9,971 nucleotides of DNA from Azolla caroliniana (lineage: Eukaryota > Plantae > Polypodiophyta). This document shows, one piece after another, positions 6,875 to 9,971 of this stretch. Position 1 is the stretch's first letter, and each line of letters opens with the position of its first letter. The position numbers were made by a program, and so were the translations under genes. The notes under the pieces are model-generated. The model was not told the DNA's origin, did not search any database, and was given only the letters and a program-made list of their open reading frames with translations. Location of the stretch: contig JBHGNT010001308.1 of NCBI GenBank assembly GCA_043228905.1, forward strand, positions 1-9,971, written 5' to 3'.

Positions 6875-8250
6875 ATGTCGTCTGGTCCGAATACATCAGT
6901 CGGTTTTAAACGTCTTCATACGCGTTCTGTTACGAAGACGCTAGAGACAGAATTGGCCGAGGGATTACAACCGAAAACAAGTAGAAGGTGGTCAGTACTT
7001 CCTGATTTAATTGATAGCCAGTCTTCCGATGAAAATCAGCCAGAAGAGGTATCATTTTACGTTATCTAGAGTGACGACAATATGCCTTATCCGTACTCGA
7101 AGTTCCGTGAGAGAGCTGATGCAGAAGTGCATGTGAGGGATTTTCTGACAACATGGGAGATTAACCATGGAGCTCAGAGACAGTCAGCGGCAGCTGAAGA
7201 TAAGTCGAAGATTGCTGAGTTTGTTTTGTCATTAGAGGGTTATTCCGCTAATTGGTTTGCACAAAATGGTCTCCGTGGGTTCGAAACATTCGAACATTCG
7301 AACAATAAATTTCTGCAGTTATTTCATCGCCAAATACCTCAAAAAGATTTGATAGCGCAATCATATGCGTTGTATCTGGAGCAGCAAGAAACAATGTCTC
7401 AATTCGTGATTCGTTTTCAGAATTTGCAACTGCAAATTTCTAGGCCTATTCCGAACGATGAATTGAAGGATGTATTCCTTGAAGCAATTCGTGAACCATT
7501 ATGAACAACACTGAAGGTGTTCGATTTCTTGAATTAGAATATCGAGCAAGTGATTGATAAGGCAATCGCTATGGGCTGACAGCCGATAAATGTACGGAGT
7601 ATGGATATGTCATCACTAAACGTACACTACCAACAATGGAGGAGTTACATTTTCGACAAGCAGTTCAGTGTACTACTTGTTTAAATACCGGTCATTTGAT
7701 GATCGAATGTAGTCTACATACACATTGCACAATATGTCATTCTAAACTTCATTCGGTCGAGCAATGTGAGTATAATTTGCTCAATAAGACGACGGCTCCG
7801 GTAAGACAAATTTTTCCGGAAAATGGGTACCACAATAACCAGAATTCGTTCAATAATGGATACCAACATAACAGTTTTCCACAGAGTCAACAAAATAAAT
7901 TGCAAACAAATCAAGCTTTTCAGCAAAATAAATTCCAACAGAATCCAACTTTTCAACAAAATAATCAGTCCTTTCAACAAAGTAATTTTCAACAAAATCA
8001 AGAATTCTCGGTAACACCGAATATGAATCAGCAAAATGGAGGATAGTTTAAGCAGAACCGGTATAAAAATAAAAAATTCTACAAACTGAAAGCCTCACGA
8101 CAGTTTCAGCAATCGCCGGATGATGGTCAACAGTTTATGCAAAATGATGGGACTAGTGAGTTTGAGCAAGGCGAGGGAAGTGGAACATTTGTTCCTACTT
8201 GTTATATTTGCTGTCAAACTGGTCATTATGCTAATCAGTGTCCTGCTAAA
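6875..8250 (+). pseudogene. gag: gag of element C with three CCHC knuckles and a Q/N-rich tract
   Basis: Capsid-like FVLSLEGYSANWF and QQETMSQFVIRF. Knuckles at 7669-7710, 7726-7767 and 8200-8241. Stops at 7067, 7502, 8044 and others; frameshift near 7620. Confidence 0.88.
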
Positions 8251-9971
8251 GGAAAAAGGACGAGCGGTTAATATGGTTATACCGGAAATAATGCAAGTAA
8301 CCACTAGAAGCAAAAGTAAACAATCAGAGTGGGAAATTCAGGAAGCAGTTCGGAAAGCAGCCGAATGGGTAGAGGAAGCAAACAAAAATAATGTAAACCG
8401 GATGCTCCAAGACAATATAATTAACCAAGCTACCGAATTACCAGGAGTTATTGTTGTACTGGAACAAGAGGAAACTTGGAAGCTCTTGGCAGATTTCCAA
8501 GTATCATTACCACTGACTAGATTACTGAAGTTGGTCCCTAGATTTACCGAAAAAGTGGCGACATTGATTGCCCAAAAGGGGCCAGAACAAGTATCGGTAC
8601 ACTATAGTCAGCCAAGCACCAACCCTTCAATCATGGATGAGCAAAATCCATCAACTAAAGTAATAATTCAGGGTCAGGAAATCGAAAATACGATTATCGA
8701 TGGGGGCTGAGGAGTGAATGTCATTAATAAAACCACCTGTGATAGGTTGGGAATTACTAAATGGGAAGCTTGTCCATTTTGACTAAGAATGGCGGATACC
8801 ACTACAGTACGACCAATTGGTTTACTCTGCCAATTAGAGGTGGTATTGGGTGGTCATAGTTTTCTGATATCAGCAGTAATTCTTCATTTGGAAGCTCATG
8901 GTGCATATCCTTTGTTATTAGGGCGATCGTGGTTAAAGATTGCTAACATCAAGCAGAATTGGAATTAGAATCAACTAACATTCAGAAAAGGCAAAACGAA
9001 AATCCGGGTTTCGACACAAAACAAGGTTGCGACAAGCAAATAGTGTTTGCATGTGTATGTTGAGTCCGTCAATATGATGGAAGGATTAGACGAGGTCGAA
9101 GAAAATCAATATTTTGATGATAATCCGAAAATCATTCTGTTGTTCGAAGTAGATATTTTACAAGCCTTGACGCCATATGTGGATTCCCAAGAGGAATTGC
9201 CAATAGATGAGCAAGCAATGAAGGAGATACGACTCCAGCAAGAAGCTACCAATAGAGAGATGAAGGTGTCCCAACGAGTTCAAGATTCAGCAATGCAGGA
9301 AATAAATTTGGCAGAAGAAGATGGGGACAATGAGTTGAAAACAGTACTCATTGTTAAGGATATGATAGAAGTGGACAAACAAAGATTAACAGCATTATTA
9401 AAGCAATATAAGGATGTCTTTGCCTGGTCTTTTGAAGATATGAAGGGACTAGATCCAGCTTTTTGTCAACATCAAATCAACCTACATAAGGATGCAAAGC
9501 CAGTTCAACAACGTAGGTACCGATTAAATCGTAATTATGCTATTAAAGTTAAAGAAGAAATAGATAAACTTTTGAAAGTAGGGTTTATTCGTCCGGTGAA
9601 AAAATCGACATGCTTAAGTCCAATTGTCGTTGTTCCGAAAAAGAATGGCAAAATTCGGGTATGTGTCGACTACCGGAAACTAAATGCGGCTACCGTTACG
9701 GATGCGTTTCCATTACCATTTACGGATGGTATATTGGATGCAGTAGCTAGCCATGAAGTATATAGTTTCCTAGATGGTTTTAGTGGTTATAATCAGGTTC
9801 GGATGAATCCAGAAGATCAAGAAAAGACAACTTTTGTCATAGAATGGGGAGTGTTTGTAGCAATAGTAATGATGTTTGGCTTGAAGTCCGCTCGGGCGAC
9901 ATTTCAAAGAGTGATACAGGAAATATTTGGGAATTACATTCCTGCCTTTATGCAAGTATTTTTGGATGATT
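8251..9971 (+). pseudogene. pol: pol of element C: protease and N-terminal RT (truncated by window)
   Basis: IIDGG*GVNVI and YPLLLGRSWL protease motifs. Stops at 8708, 8780, 8966 and 9041. The frame is open from 9044 to the window end and is absent from the ORF track because it has no stop. Confidence 0.93.

Larger units (their letters stand above)
6348..9971 (+). mobile_element. Ty3/gypsy non-chromovirus LTR retrotransposon (Phygy/Selgy/Tat/Athila side), 5' part (element C), nested in element B pol
   Basis: LTR, gag, VTTRSK linker, DGG-type protease, then RT with YKDVFAWS, LSPIVVVPKKNGKIRVCVDYRKLN, SFLDGFSGYNQ, VFLDD at the window edge. Confidence 0.92.

Noticed and set aside
8120-8250. Hydrophobic N-terminus of ORF 8120-8710 as an env-like or membrane protein
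   Set aside because: It is the out-of-frame reading of the third zinc knuckle.
8248-8262. Programmed frameshift at AAAGGAAAAAGGA between gag and pol of element C
   Set aside because: The offset is +1, and deleting one A gives KGKGRAVNM. A single insertion in an A-run is simpler given the many other lesions.

Overview
Eukaryotic (plant) heterochromatin-like window with no host gene. It is almost entirely decayed LTR retrotransposons, some nested, all on the + strand. (A) The 3' part of a Ty1/copia Tork/Tnt1-like element (1-3064) has a 177-bp internal RT duplication and a 587-bp solo LTR of a sister family inserted in RNase H. A ~375-bp spacer follows. (B) A Ty3/gypsy Tcn1/Tf1-sushi-like element (3440-6347; LTR, gag, PR, RT) is interrupted at 6348 by (C) a non-chromovirus gypsy element (LTR, gag with three CCHC knuckles and a Q/N-rich tract, PR, RT) that runs off the window. 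The mix of lineages suggests a non-seed plant such as a moss (inference). The most notable signals are in element B: an antisense tRNA-like A/B-box module in its LTR, a self-priming PBS, and a slippery site plus pseudoknot at the gag-pol junction. Lineage calls come from motif recognition by eye, not from database searches.
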